The notes: generated by a model not told the origin, from the sequence alone. 54,866 nucleotides of DNA from a virus (IMGVR_UViG_3300033146_003306:1-54866), one strand, 5' to 3'; counted from the first letter of the stretch, positions 28,989 through 39,774 are shown. Program-made: numbers and translations.

Positions 28989-31900
28989 TTAAATTCCAGT
29001 TGTTCCGTCAGCCGTGTAAACTCTTTCGTCATCAACAATACACATTAACTTTACTTTTGTTGATTGTTGAGGTTGCATTGTTTCAACAAGACATTTTTTG
29101 TCATAATCAGCTCCCTTACCGAATTGGAAATAAGTTTTTTCCATTTCATACCCCGTATAAATAAAAGACGGTGGAGTAACTGACATTAAAACTTTTTTTG
29201 GCTCTCCTGTTACTTCGGTAACAAGATACGGTGTGTCTTGCGTTCCGTCTTTTTTTCTAAAAGCAATATAATGATCTCCTGACTCAAATGTAACAGTTTC
29301 AGATAACTCAATTTCATTTCCGTTTACTCCAAGAACTACCCCTGACAGCCCATAGCCTATCCTTGGGTTTGAGATACTTATATAATCAAGCCTTGAAAGA
29401 ATCCTACCCTCAAGTTCTGTAATAAAACTAGGGAGTTTTCTTCTATACGCATTACACGCAGCTTCATATTTTGCTTCCCTTATTGCGTGTGCTTCCTGTG
29501 TTATTCCCCATCTTTGAATCTTTGCCGGACGATCTGTTGTTCCACCTGTAATTGTTTGTAATGTTTGTTTAAATACCCATTCATCATCATCAAGGTATTC
29601 AAATTCTACACTGTCAGGAGTATCATTGTCAAAATTAATGTAATCGACATTAAAGCTGTTCGCTTCAATATTATTTATTGTAAAAACCTGCTTTGGTATT
29701 GTTTTTGGTTGGTCTCTTACAAAATCAATTGAACCTGCGACTAACAATGGCTGCGCCCTTCCTACCCTCATTATCTTTTTTAATGATTCCCAAAAAACTT
29801 CTTTTGACTCAAATACGCCATTGCAGTAATCACCTCTACTTGACCATATAGTATCCATTGCAAGTAGCTCATCAGCGTTTAATTCTGTATCGCTAATAGC
29901 AACGCTGTATTCAGAGTTCCTACACGCATCTGCTGCCGCCCATGCAATGCTCGAAGTCGCAACAGGATCAGACCACATAGCACCGTCATATATCGGTAAT
30001 TTACGTGTTGATACCGTATTGAACTTAGACAATGAAGCATTTACCAAAGAATCAGTTGTTTTTACTTTTACGGCTACAACGGTAACGTCTCCGTAAGTAC
30101 CTGTATTTGTTAAGAATGCTTTTAAGTCAGTAAATACCATTTCTGATTGGCCTTTTTGAGAATCTGCGTAATCAGATGCTGTTCCAAATATCCTATTTAC
30201 CCTTGCCCTTATTTTTTTTGCGGTTACAGGGATACCTGTTACTTCATATGTTTTTGCAATTGGGTTTTTTTGAGCTGCTGTTATTGTTTGTGTTCCAGTA
30301 TCAAGCCATGAAGATGATTCTGTTCCATTTTCAGCAATAAGCTTATATTGCAACTTAAAATTTACAGTTAGGTTTTCAAGCTCTCCATTTGTAAGGTTTG
30401 TGCCGTATAGGCCGTTAGGGAGTACAATATCAAACTGTATTTTTTGAATAGAAGAGTTTGTGTTTGGAACAATATAACCTATAGAATCACTGCCAGGAAC
30501 AAACGTCATTGTTGTTTGCGTAGACAAATCAGCTCCAGAAGGAACAGTTTCAATAAACTCATATGCAACATATTCAATTAAGTCTTCTGTTGTTACTGTT
30601 CCATCTGTGTAATAATAAGACGATTTTATAACAAACCTTGCATTGTACGAGCTTAATGGATCATCAATTATTATTGTATCCCCTGCAATAAACCCATCAA
30701 ATGAGTCAGCTACTCCATAGACTCCATTTGTAAAAGGTATTGTTCCAACTGTCCCTGTTATAAATGTTAAAAATGAATTAGACATAACAGTCCCTATAGG
30801 AAATGTGTAATTTGCAGTAAGTGAAGGCGACACGATATAACCAATGTAAGAGGGGTCTCCGTCTGCAATATTAACTATTTCGGTTGTATATATTGTTCCG
30901 TCAGGTTCTCTTATTTTTAAAACTTCGTTTACTTTCCATACGTACCATTTTGCTTGCGGGGAAAAGTAAAGATTTCCGAGGTAGTCTGTTTCTGCAATAT
31001 CTCCTGATTCAACTGTAAGAGTGGTCAGTGGATTTGACTCGACTTTATATTCATCAACCCTTCTTACAGAAATATTATCAACTTGATTTGAAGTAAAAAC
31101 ATTATCGTAAAATGTTTTTCCTGATGTACATGTTTGTATTTCTCCTGTTATTCCCGCAAGACAAAGTATGTCTGACGTTGCTTCTACACAGTAAAAATCA
31201 CCTGTAAAATTATTTGCATTTGATTGAGTTATCCAATTTATACCGTCAAGACTTGTTTGTATTTTGCCTGTGTCGCCTACAATAGTAAACATTCCGTCTG
31301 CCCATGTTATGCCCGTGAATGTGCCTGTAAAGCCGTCTGCATTGCTTCTATGAGTCCATGTGATACCTTCTCCATCTTCGCATGTCTGTATTTCACCGTT
31401 TGATCCTACAATTACAAATATGTTTAAGTCATTACTATACTCTGCGCCCCAAAATGCATCTAAATATCCACCTCCGTAACCATTGTCTGCTGTTCTGTGC
31501 GTCCATGTTATGGCGTTAAGGTCACTTGTTTGTATTTCGCCTTCCCATCCAACAGCTAAATAAACATTGTTTCCCGATATTATGCTTTTAAAAGTACCTG
31601 TGTAGCTATTATCTGCTGCTCTGTGCGTCCATGTACCTCCTACTGATTGCTGAATCTCTCCGTTATCCCCTACCGCAATTGGGAATATTCCTCCTACAAC
31701 TCCGTTAAAGTCACCTGTGTAACTATCCGCAGGTGTTTCTTTTGTCCATGTTGCCGTATCAGGGCTTGTTTGTATCTCTCCGTTTTCTCCGACTGCAATG
31801 TAGCCCCCTGCTGTAGAATCAACGTCATAAAAAAAGTCAGTAAAGCCGTTGTCTGCTGTCCTGTGTGTCCATGTTATGGCATCTGGACTTGTCTGTATTT

Positions 31901-32738
31901 CTCCAAAGCTCCCTACAAGAACAAGTAAATTTGCTTTAGAGCATATACCTCTAAAAGTATGTGTTGTGCTTAAATCAGGTGTTCTGTGAGTCCAATCTTC
32001 ACCATTAATAGCAAGCCTTACATTTTCATTATTTGAAAAGGTTCTTATTTGAGCATATGAAAGGTCGGTCGAAGGAACAGTGTCAAAATTAAATGATTCA
32101 AAGTCAAATTCCCCTTGCCCCTGACAAAATAAAAGGTATGCATATTTATTATTTTGCTCAAATTGGCTCCACGATTGCATTGCATAGTGTGGATATCTTT
32201 TCATCCGTCCGTACTGGACAGGAATAATTGCATTTAGAGCAGACGTATTTCCTCTGTCGTTAAGGTCGTAAATAGAAGATGACGTACCTTGCCTTGAAGA
32301 TAATCCTCCTATTCCTTCTTGTTGTAGTGGCTCTGGTGGAAACGCCTTGTTTATGAGCATTGATCCACCAAGCATGACTGCACCTCCAAGCATGCCACTC
32401 ATAAAAGTTCCGGCTAAACCTGCTCCGAATAATTGCATGCCTGGTATCATCATTGCGCCTGCGGCAAGAGCAATCGAAAGTACAGTAGCAACAGGGTTTG
32501 ATCCACCGTCACCTCCTCCTAACGGAAAAGCGACAAAAATAACTATATCGTTTTTTTTAATTATTAATGAATCCCAGTGTTTTCTTGAAATAGGCTTTTC
32601 ATTGACAATCAAAATATATGGCGCAACTAATGATATTTTAGTGTCTTGAATATACTCCTGTAGTAAGAAATCATTATTTATTATTTTTTTATTTTCAATG
32701 CCCGTCATAGGCATGTATGTTTGAATTATTTCTGCCAT
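28989..32738 (-). CDS. tail tip / host-specificity protein J-like (central hub)
   Basis: ubiquitin-like N-terminus, IPVQYGR, STRKLP..W..P.ATSSIAWA, VRDQ; follows DUF1833 and NlpC genes. Confidence 0.88.
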   Translation of the reverse strand: MAEIIQTYMPMTGIENKKIINNDFLLQEYIQDTKISLVAPYILIVNEKPISRKHWDSLIIKKNDIVIFVAFPLGGGDGGSNPVATVLSIALAAGAMMIPGMQLFGAGLAGTFMSGMLGGAVMLGGSMLINKAFPPEPLQQEGIGGLSSRQGTSSSIYDLNDRGNTSALNAIIPVQYGRMKRYPHYAMQSWSQFEQNNKYAYLLFCQGQGEFDFESFNFDTVPSTDLSYAQIRTFSNNENVRLAINGEDWTHRTPDLSTTHTFRGICSKANLLVLVGSFGEIQTSPDAITWTHRTADNGFTDFFYDVDSTAGGYIAVGENGEIQTSPDTATWTKETPADSYTGDFNGVVGGIFPIAVGDNGEIQQSVGGTWTHRAADNSYTGTFKSIISGNNVYLAVGWEGEIQTSDLNAITWTHRTADNGYGGGYLDAFWGAEYSNDLNIFVIVGSNGEIQTCEDGEGITWTHRSNADGFTGTFTGITWADGMFTIVGDTGKIQTSLDGINWITQSNANNFTGDFYCVEATSDILCLAGITGEIQTCTSGKTFYDNVFTSNQVDNISVRRVDEYKVESNPLTTLTVESGDIAETDYLGNLYFSPQAKWYVWKVNEVLKIREPDGTIYTTEIVNIADGDPSYIGYIVSPSLTANYTFPIGTVMSNSFLTFITGTVGTIPFTNGVYGVADSFDGFIAGDTIIIDDPLSSYNARFVIKSSYYYTDGTVTTEDLIEYVAYEFIETVPSGADLSTQTTMTFVPGSDSIGYIVPNTNSSIQKIQFDIVLPNGLYGTNLTNGELENLTVNFKLQYKLIAENGTESSSWLDTGTQTITAAQKNPIAKTYEVTGIPVTAKKIRARVNRIFGTASDYADSQKGQSEMVFTDLKAFLTNTGTYGDVTVVAVKVKTTDSLVNASLSKFNTVSTRKLPIYDGAMWSDPVATSSIAWAAADACRNSEYSVAISDTELNADELLAMDTIWSSRGDYCNGVFESKEVFWESLKKIMRVGRAQPLLVAGSIDFVRDQPKTIPKQVFTINNIEANSFNVDYINFDNDTPDSVEFEYLDDDEWVFKQTLQTITGGTTDRPAKIQRWGITQEAHAIREAKYEAACNAYRRKLPSFITELEGRILSRLDYISISNPRIGYGLSGVVLGVNGNEIELSETVTFESGDHYIAFRKKDGTQDTPYLVTEVTGEPKKVLMSVTPPSFIYTGYEMEKTYFQFGKGADYDKKCLVETMQPQQSTKVKLMCIVDDERVYTADGTTGI

Positions 32739-32740
32739 AT

Positions 32741-33184
32741 TTATTTATCTTTTATGAATTTATAAAATTCTAATTTGTTGTATGTTCTTTTTAACGAGAA
32801 CAATGAGTCAAAAATAACGCCATGTTTCCTTATTGAGTGTATTATACCAGATTCAGGATGATCAATATATACTCCTACATGATTTGGTTGTTCTACTGTA
32901 AATATTTTTACAATGCAGCCGTCTTCTGGTTTTTGTATTTTTTCAAATTTTTCCCATATTTTATGTTTTGACATTTTTCTTATTACGTCAAGTATTGATT
33001 TTGCATTGACCTCAACTGACGGAAGTTCATTGCCGTAAAATTCTTTTTGTATTTCAATTACAAGTCCGTGGCAATCATAGTGTGTTGGGCCTGTTTCTCC
33101 TAAGCCCCATTTTAAACCGATATAGTCCACTATGTTTTTTTTATTTAATTTGTTTGATTTGTTTGATTTGTTTGATTTATCCAT
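32741..33184 (-). CDS. NlpC/P60 tail tip assembly protein
   Basis: YIGLKW..GPTHYDCHGL, HVGVY, IIHS. Confidence 0.85.
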   Translation of the reverse strand: MDKSNKSNKSNKLNKKNIVDYIGLKWGLGETGPTHYDCHGLVIEIQKEFYGNELPSVEVNAKSILDVIRKMSKHKIWEKFEKIQKPEDGCIVKIFTVEQPNHVGVYIDHPESGIIHSIRKHGVIFDSLFSLKRTYNKLEFYKFIKDK

Positions 33185-33186
33185 TT

Positions 33187-33702
33187 TTACCTCACTAATG
33201 CAGGGAACCTTGAAGATGTATATATTTTATTTGGGAAAGACCTATTAAAATAGTCAGAAAAGAATAATGTCCCAACAACACTGTTTCCTACGTTTATATT
33301 TTTTAATTGCATGTTTTTAAGGACATAGTGAGGTTCAGGTGAAGCGTCAGACTGAATGAATTGCCTAAATATAATAGGTATTATCTCTTGTGCATCCATG
33401 CTTGACTCAATATATTCACCTAATATTTGACTTACATTATCTATTTCAAGTGTTACCTGCGGTAATGTATCTGTGCTTTCCGGAAGAGTAATTTTAAATT
33501 GGCATTTTTGAAATGTGACTTGCGTAGATGGATCAACAGGAGCATCACTTTCAAGTGTTCCTATAAAATCTTCATAATCAAGAACAAGTCTTGCAGGTGG
33601 CGACAATGAAGTAGGATATATTTCTATTGTATCAAGAATTATTTTATCATCTTCGTTTGAGGCCATAGCCTCTTTTATTGCCTGTGAATACGGGTCAGTC
33701 AT
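33187..33702 (-). CDS. DUF1833 tail tip protein (gpL-like)
   Basis: AIKEAMAS..LDTIEI..FKITLP..LEIDNV..FPNKIY..FPAL. Confidence 0.8.
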   Translation of the reverse strand: MTDPYSQAIKEAMASNEDDKIILDTIEIYPTSLSPPARLVLDYEDFIGTLESDAPVDPSTQVTFQKCQFKITLPESTDTLPQVTLEIDNVSQILGEYIESSMDAQEIIPIIFRQFIQSDASPEPHYVLKNMQLKNINVGNSVVGTLFFSDYFNRSFPNKIYTSSRFPALVR

Positions 33703-33722
33703 GTATTGTGTCCTTTTTTTTG

Positions 33723-36182
33723 CTATCTATATGCCCCTGCTGCTCTGTTTAGCCCATATACAGAGGACATTGTATTATGGATGCTCCCTCCCCTTCTTAT
33801 GTTTGCATCAACTGCGTTTGAAATCATAACTTCAACATTCATTCCATCATCTGATTGCTGTGTTTCTGCATTTGTTCCTGGTGGGGTTGTTATGCTTATT
33901 TTTGGCTGAACAAGTACATTTGATCCTTTTTTAGACAATGATCTTATCTGGCTTTGGTTTAATACTAATTCGGACTCATTTTCTCCAAACTCCCATGTTC
34001 TACCTGTTCTTTGCCCTACGCCAATAACGTGTTCGTCAATTGCTCCTCCACTTGCCCTACTTACCACAGGCTTGTTCATGATTATATTACTGTTATTAGG
34101 TGAGTATCCTGTTGTTGCAGGTGTTCTCATATAGTTAAATGCACCCTGAAATCCCTGTGCCAATGGCATTACTATTGCCTGTCTAACAGCTATCCTGACA
34201 ATTTGTTCTATGATTGAATTTGCTAAATCTTTCCAACTTGCTTTACCTGTCATTACAAAATTAACCAGTTGGTCTTCCATGCCTTTAAAGGCATCTGCAA
34301 AAGCATTTTTTATATCTTCTGCAATACTAACAGAGTTCTCTTTGTATCCTAAAAACAGGCTATTCATTATGTCAATATGTTTTTTATAATCTTCAAGCAC
34401 TTTTGGGTCTATTTCCGGCAAGAGACTTTTTTTTGCTTTTGTTTCTGATTCTACCAAAGTTCCAATTGGCATTATTTTATAATTATGCTTTATAATTGTT
34501 TTCTTTTTTCTGTTTTGATAAAGCTCTTTTAATCGACTATCTCTGTACATATCTGAAATTATTGCATCTTTTTCTTTTAGTTGCTTTATTTCCTCTGTGC
34601 TTGCTTTCTCTACAGACTTAATATAAGAATCAAAATTATTTTGCTGTTGATTTTTTGCCGCCTTTGCTAATTTATCTCTTATCAATTGTATCGTAGCACC
34701 TGTCTTATTTTCTATGCTTACTGTCTTTTTTGCTAAGTCTTCACTTATTTTTGCTGCTTTATTTGCTGCTGCTGCAAGTATTGGGTGGCCTGTTTTTGCA
34801 AAATAACCCGCAAGTTTTCGTCCTGTTTTTCCGGCTATGTCAAACATTTCAGCATACATTCGTACATAGCCTGTGACGATATCTTTCATATAAGACAGTG
34901 AAGGGTCTACAAACAATATCCTCATTAAGTTTGATGATTCTGTAAAAAACTCTTTAAAAATAACAATTGTAGATGCAAAAGCTATTTTTGTGTATTTTTT
35001 CACTTTTATCCATGCTGTAACAGTTGCGTCTACTAATCCTGTCCCCCAATCCCTCGCCGTTTGAGAATATTCAGAAAACCATGATCCTATATCCCACCCT
35101 GCTTTTAATGCTGTCCATGCGCCTAATATGTTTGCAAATGAAGTTACGAATAACATCGCTCTTGCACTTGCGGTTGCAAATAGGCTTGCAGTTTTTGTTA
35201 AAAGACCGGGAAGAAAAGCTGCTGATTTAGAAAAATACAAAACTATATCTGCTGCTTTAGACATACCTGCGGACATACCTTTTGATATTGTTGATAAAAA
35301 AAGCATTGCTGCACCAGCTTTTGCGGTAAACTTAGCAAACTCTATTATGCCAGAATTGTTACTTGATAGCCTGTCTATCAAATTAACAAGCACATCCATG
35401 TCTTTATTGATAGCCTTTAATGTGTTTGCAACTTGCTTAAATAGATTTGTCAACCACGATGAAGCACCTGCCTTTTTCATAAAAGACTGCTTAAAATCAA
35501 ACCATTCATTTTTAACTCTGTTCAATTCAGCTTGCATTGATTTTGCAGAGTCTAATGCTCCTTTGCCAAAATCAACATGAAAAACCTCACCTAATGAGTA
35601 AAATCTTCAAACGCAACTTTGGCAGCCCTTGCACCTTTCTCAGCCATGCCGGGCATTGCATTTCCCATCTGTACTTTAAACTCTTGAGCTTGAACAGTTC
35701 CTTTGGAGAGCATTTCTTTCAATGCATAAACAATGCTTGCAGTTTTGGCGGCAGGTAATTGAAGTGCTGTAACGCCCTCCATAACTTGAAACCACGCTGT
35801 CCTTATTCCTTCTCCTTCAAGCTTACTTCCTTTTGCCGCAGCTTGAAGTTGCATAAACCCTTCAAAAGCTTAATCCTAATTTATCAGATGACTTTCTTAC
35901 AAAATCCATTTCTTTTTTTGCATTGTCAAGGCTACCTGTAACAGATGTCATTGCTTTGGTCATTCTGTCCATATATATTGCTGTCTGTACAAAATCTTTA
36001 GCAAGCGCACCACCACCGATAGTTGCTCCCAATGCGAGCATTGTTCTTTTTACTGAATCTAAACTTTTATTTATGGATTTTGTTTTTGATCTGACATGCC
36101 TTTCGGCATCAGACATGCCTTTTTTTGCCATTGTAGGGTCAATGGCAAATTTAGCATAAATCATTCCAAGTAAACCTGCCAT
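33723..36182 (-). pseudogene. tape measure protein, split into three ORFs
   Basis: 35862..36182, 35591..35854 and 33723..35537 are consecutive parts of one TMP (MLSKGTVQAQE, C-terminal SGG..GE..SELV); breaks at ~35864 and ~35593. Confidence 0.8.
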
Positions 36183-36201
36183 ATTATTTTCCCTTTAATG
36201 T

Positions 36202-36537
36202 TTATTTGTCCTTTTTTGCCATTGCGGTAAAACAGCTTAGCAATGAATCAATGCAACTTTCAGGCTCTTTTTTTGAGTCTGAATCTTTCCAACTCGGTAA
36301 AAAGATATCATCCCACTCTATATCTTTTTTAAAAGATTTTCCGGCAGAATTGTAAATCGCAGAACATATCTGCCCAAATCGTCTGTTTTCAACATCGTAG
36401 CCAAAAGGCTTAATGCGTCTGTATGCCGACATATCCACTAAATCATCAACAGACATTTCTTTTAGCAATTTTGCTGGCGTGTAACCTAATTCAAAACATA
36501 AGTCTAACACCAACATCCTTTGACTGTCGGCTTTTAT
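36202..36537 (-). CDS. tail assembly chaperone C-terminal (gpT-like) part via -1 frameshift
   Basis: -1 frame from A AAA AAA reads KIKADSQR into track ORF MLVLDL... Confidence 0.8.
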   Translation of the reverse strand: MKADSQRMLVLDLCFELGYTPAKLLKEMSVDDLVDMSAYRRIKPFGYDVENRRFGQICSAIYNSAGKSFKKDIEWDDIFLPSWKDSDSKKEPESCIDSLLSCFTAMAKKDK

Positions 36538-36935
36538 TTTTTTACTGCTTGTTCAACTTTGCTTTCTGTAACACCGTTAAGACCTTCAACTGCGGCGTAA
36601 ATGGTGTCGATCATCTTTTTTGCTTTCTGTTGAAGAATTTCAACGTCTTCTTTTTCAAAAATTTGATCACCGTCGGCATCACACGTTCCCTGAACAATGA
36701 ACTGAAAAATAAAATCATCTGCTGTTTCATAATCATCCGGTGTAGCTTTGTTTTTGTCTATTCCTTGCTTTAGTATAATTGCGTTTTTTGTTATTTGATT
36801 CGATTCAAATGCGGTCAATGTTTTTGCAAATATCGAGCCTTTAGGAAACCCCCACTCAGTTAAGTCAATTTCTTTCTTTTTAATTGTATCTACATTACGC
36901 ATATGCGATCTTACATCAAACTTCTTTTTTGCCAT
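36534..36935 (-). CDS. tail assembly chaperone (gpG-like)
   Basis: between tail tube and TMP; ends GTA AAA AAA TAA. Confidence 0.8.
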   Translation of the reverse strand: MAKKKFDVRSHMRNVDTIKKKEIDLTEWGFPKGSIFAKTLTAFESNQITKNAIILKQGIDKNKATPDDYETADDFIFQFIVQGTCDADGDQIFEKEDVEILQQKAKKMIDTIYAAVEGLNGVTESKVEQAVKK

Positions 36936-36963
36936 TTTAATATCCTTTATTTATTATTTTGCT

Positions 36964-37371
36964 TTATGGTACGTCTGTAATTACTGGTTTACCTACAACT
37001 TTAAGTGTAACCGTAGCAGATATTTTGTCTGCGGCTGATCCTGACTGGTTGTTTGAAATGACAATCACAGGAATTGTAAATACTTTTGCGTCTGTTGTTG
37101 TCAAAACAAAATCTACCGTTTGAGTTGCAAAGTCATTAACAAGTGCATCCAATGCAACAAATGTAGCCGCTGTATAATTCATATCAAGGCTGATGTCGCC
37201 ACCTCTTTTGATAACTTTGATGTGTTCGTCGAAGTTATCAGGTGAATCAATGTTTGTTACTTCTGTTGTATCTGCGGTAACACCAACGTTAGCCCAATTT
37301 GTTATTTCTGAGATAACGTTTCCATCTAATGTTATGGTTGTTCCTTGAGAACTTATCGCTGATGAAGCCAT
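36964..37371 (-). CDS. major tail tube protein
   Basis: AISSQGT..EVTNIDS..E.I....GGDISL..TLKVVGKP. Confidence 0.85.
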   Translation of the reverse strand: MASSAISSQGTTITLDGNVISEITNWANVGVTADTTEVTNIDSPDNFDEHIKVIKRGGDISLDMNYTAATFVALDALVNDFATQTVDFVLTTTDAKVFTIPVIVISNNQSGSAADKISATVTLKVVGKPVITDVP

Positions 37372-37408
37372 TTTTTATATCTCCTTGTTATTTATTGTTT
37401 TTTTATTA

Positions 37409-37436
37409 ATTATACATCAAGTAAGTATTAATGCAA
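37409..37436 (-). promoter_or_regulatory. sigma70-like promoter for tail tube operon
   Basis: TTGCAT-N16-TATAAT. Confidence 0.4.
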
Positions 37437-37442
37437 AACGCA

Positions 37443-38045
37443 TTAAGATATTGTTCTTTTCTGAACTTCTAATTTGCAGACAACTCTATAAACATCGCCT
37501 TGCTTAACTATATTTGGTGGTGCTGAATGCTTTACTGTGATAGGAGATAGTCCATACCCTGTTCTTAAAACAATAGTAAATAATAACGTCATGTCTTCAA
37601 GCTCAACAATATTGAAATATTCAAATACACCTAATTGTTCTTGTGTAAAAATAAACTCAACATTAAAACCTGACGGGATATTTTTTGTTAGTTGTCTTCT
37701 GCGTGTTCTGCCTGATTCCATTGTTGTGATAGCTGTTTGTTTTTGATGATCTTTGTATGAATATGACCTTTGAAGGCATTTATCCAATATGTCTGGAAAC
37801 CATGGTTGTGTTTGAGCAAAGATAAATTCACGGTCAAGTACAATATTAGAATGTACATTTATTATTTCTGATGCAGGGGCGGTGAACTGTTCAATTGGTC
37901 TATATCCTATTGAAACATTGTCTCTTTCGTCTATCGACAAGCTCCTTCCTGATTCAAGCCATATCCCATCTGACGTGCCTAAATCGTCTATCTCCCACCT
38001 TGCAAATTCAGGGTTTAAGTTTACTGTTACTGTAAATATTGACAT
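37443..38045 (-). CDS. Dit-like protein with extra N-terminal beta domain, copy 1
   Basis: FP..L...SY...TTMESGRTRRRQ..FIFTQEQLGVFEYF. Confidence 0.65.
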   Translation of the reverse strand: MSIFTVTVNLNPEFARWEIDDLGTSDGIWLESGRSLSIDERDNVSIGYRPIEQFTAPASEIINVHSNIVLDREFIFAQTQPWFPDILDKCLQRSYSYKDHQKQTAITTMESGRTRRRQLTKNIPSGFNVEFIFTQEQLGVFEYFNIVELEDMTLLFTIVLRTGYGLSPITVKHSAPPNIVKQGDVYRVVCKLEVQKRTIS

Positions 38046-38459
38046 TTAGCTTATATCTACCTGCTCTAATACAAAGTTTATTGAAACAACAGGGCATTCA
38101 TTTGTATCTTCTCCAAGGTCGAGGACATCCCCTGTTAAATGAATACTGATATATCTTTTTGTGTTTATTTCTAAATTGTATGACTGATCAATTAAATCAA
38201 TTATTTGCCTTGCTGTAGTAAATACTTGATCGTATCCGTACTTGTTGCCCCTTATCTTTATTTGTATTGTGGGCTTTGTTATTTTTGTAGATTTTGACAG
38301 GTGAATACCTGGGTCATATCCTCCTGTATCTCTTACACATACTTGGAATGTTTTTCCTGCGGGTGAGTTATGATAAAACAATGTCTGACCGTAAATGCCG
38401 ATGTCGTTTAGCTCTAAGTATTCAGCTATATCTTTTGCAGGGGTTATTGAGTCAGACAT
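38046..38459 (-). CDS. tail terminator / minor capsid 3-like
   Basis: DTGGYDP, PTIQIKIRG..Y, LGEDTN..SINF. Confidence 0.75.
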   Translation of the reverse strand: MSDSITPAKDIAEYLELNDIGIYGQTLFYHNSPAGKTFQVCVRDTGGYDPGIHLSKSTKITKPTIQIKIRGNKYGYDQVFTTARQIIDLIDQSYNLEINTKRYISIHLTGDVLDLGEDTNECPVVSINFVLEQVDIS

Positions 38460-38469
38460 TGTTTACCTT

Positions 38470-39012
38470 TTATATCTTTGCATGTTTCTTTATTATTTCT
38501 AATATTCTTGATGTTTTTTTTAAATTTGTTTCAAGAAACTTCCACTCGCCTACAACTGCGTAACTACCTTCTTTATATGGCTTTCCAGACGGACTTGTTC
38601 CCCCTGTTGCGCCAGACCTTACGTTTTCATGTGTTTTTAGTGCATATATGCTACTAAAGCCTACTGTCCCTGATTCCTCAGATAGTTCTCCATTCGCATC
38701 TTTTGATATTTGTTGCATTCTTTGAATCGCATTTGAATGCTGACTTGCCATTTTTCCGGCAGATAACCCATTATGAGGGCTATCTTTAAAATTTGCTGAC
38801 TGTTTAGGCGTTCGCCTTTGTCCCCATGTAACGAAACTTGAAGCTCTTAAATTGCCAACAACAGATGGAGCAAGCTTTACAGATTGTCTTGCTATATCAA
38901 GCATTGCTGAAATCATTCCTTGCTTTGTTTTATTATGTATCTTCTTGACTTCCTTGTTTAAGTTCTTCATTACATTGTCAATACTTTTCATATCAACGCC
39001 TGACTCGTACAC
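38470..39012 (-). CDS. neck protein, HK97 gp10-like
   Basis: P...GNLRAS, VGFSSIYALKTHE, KFLE. Confidence 0.75.
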   Translation of the reverse strand: MYESGVDMKSIDNVMKNLNKEVKKIHNKTKQGMISAMLDIARQSVKLAPSVVGNLRASSFVTWGQRRTPKQSANFKDSPHNGLSAGKMASQHSNAIQRMQQISKDANGELSEESGTVGFSSIYALKTHENVRSGATGGTSPSGKPYKEGSYAVVGEWKFLETNLKKTSRILEIIKKHAKI

Positions 39013-39036
39013 TAAGAACTCCTTTTGTGCTTGCAG

Positions 39037-39366
39037 TTAAACATGATAAAGATACATTGAGTAATCAGTACTTAAGTTCGGTATTATTGATTGCCTTTTT
39101 ACTTCCTCACAGCCTGCCGTAACAAAGTCAGGCTGTGAGGTTGTATCTCCAAGCACAACAAGATCGCCTTCATTAAAAAGAACTTTGGTTATTATTAGTG
39201 CTTTTGAATAAATTTCTTCTCCTGAGTTTGTATAAAATAATTCGTTTACGGTTGACCATCTGCAAGGTATTAATTCAGGATTAGAAACAATTGGCTTTCC
39301 AGAAAAATCATTCCCTATTTTTCTATATAAAGTCATGTATTGATTTAATTTTCTTCCAAAATCCAT
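39037..39366 (-). CDS. head closure protein
   Basis: D.SG.P...P..IPCRW..G.E; position. Confidence 0.65.
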   Translation of the reverse strand: MDFGRKLNQYMTLYRKIGNDFSGKPIVSNPELIPCRWSTVNELFYTNSGEEIYSKALIITKVLFNEGDLVVLGDTTSQPDFVTAGCEEVKRQSIIPNLSTDYSMYLYHV

Positions 39367-39369
39367 TTC

Positions 39370-39774
39370 TTACCCCTCTGAGTATGGCCCATAAGTTGTG
39401 ATCCCTGCTTGTTTTTTATTTTTCTTTGCCATATCAGCAAGCGTTCCCGAGTAGTCAAGGTCTACCGCCTGTTGTCCAAAAGCAGTAGAATTAAAGCCAT
39501 GTTCAGTTAAGCTTGATTTTCTTTCTTCTTTTACAGTGGCGTCCCTTCCACCTATTTCTTCCTTAAGAAGTTGTGGTTCTCTTACGCTACAAAAATGAGC
39601 TGCGAGATATAACTCTATTTTTGTTAATATCGGATCAATAACCCCTGCATTTACAAGTAGGCCGTCAGTTATAGCATTTGCTGTTTCAATGCACTGGTCT
39701 ACCATTGGATCGGTAAAAGCATTGCTTAAATATATTGCGTCCCTGACTTGTGTTGATGTTACTCTTATCGCCAT
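39370..39774 (-). CDS. head-tail adaptor
   Basis: IELYLAAHF, STAFGQQAVDLD.SG.L. Confidence 0.75.
   Translation of the reverse strand: MAIRVTSTQVRDAIYLSNAFTDPMVDQCIETANAITDGLLVNAGVIDPILTKIELYLAAHFCSVREPQLLKEEIGGRDATVKEERKSSLTEHGFNSTAFGQQAVDLDYSGTLADMAKKNKKQAGITTYGPYSEG

Noticed and set aside
31125-31995. Diversity-generating retroelement TR/VR pair
   Set aside because: Repeats are in-frame protein blades without adenine-specific variation; no reverse transcriptase seen.
33147-33182. 9-bp tandem repeat at the NlpC start
   Set aside because: Simple in-frame slippage (NKS)n with no evident function.
35826-35864. UGA readthrough as the explanation for the TMP split
   Set aside because: The same frame hits TAA shortly after, and homology continues in another frame.
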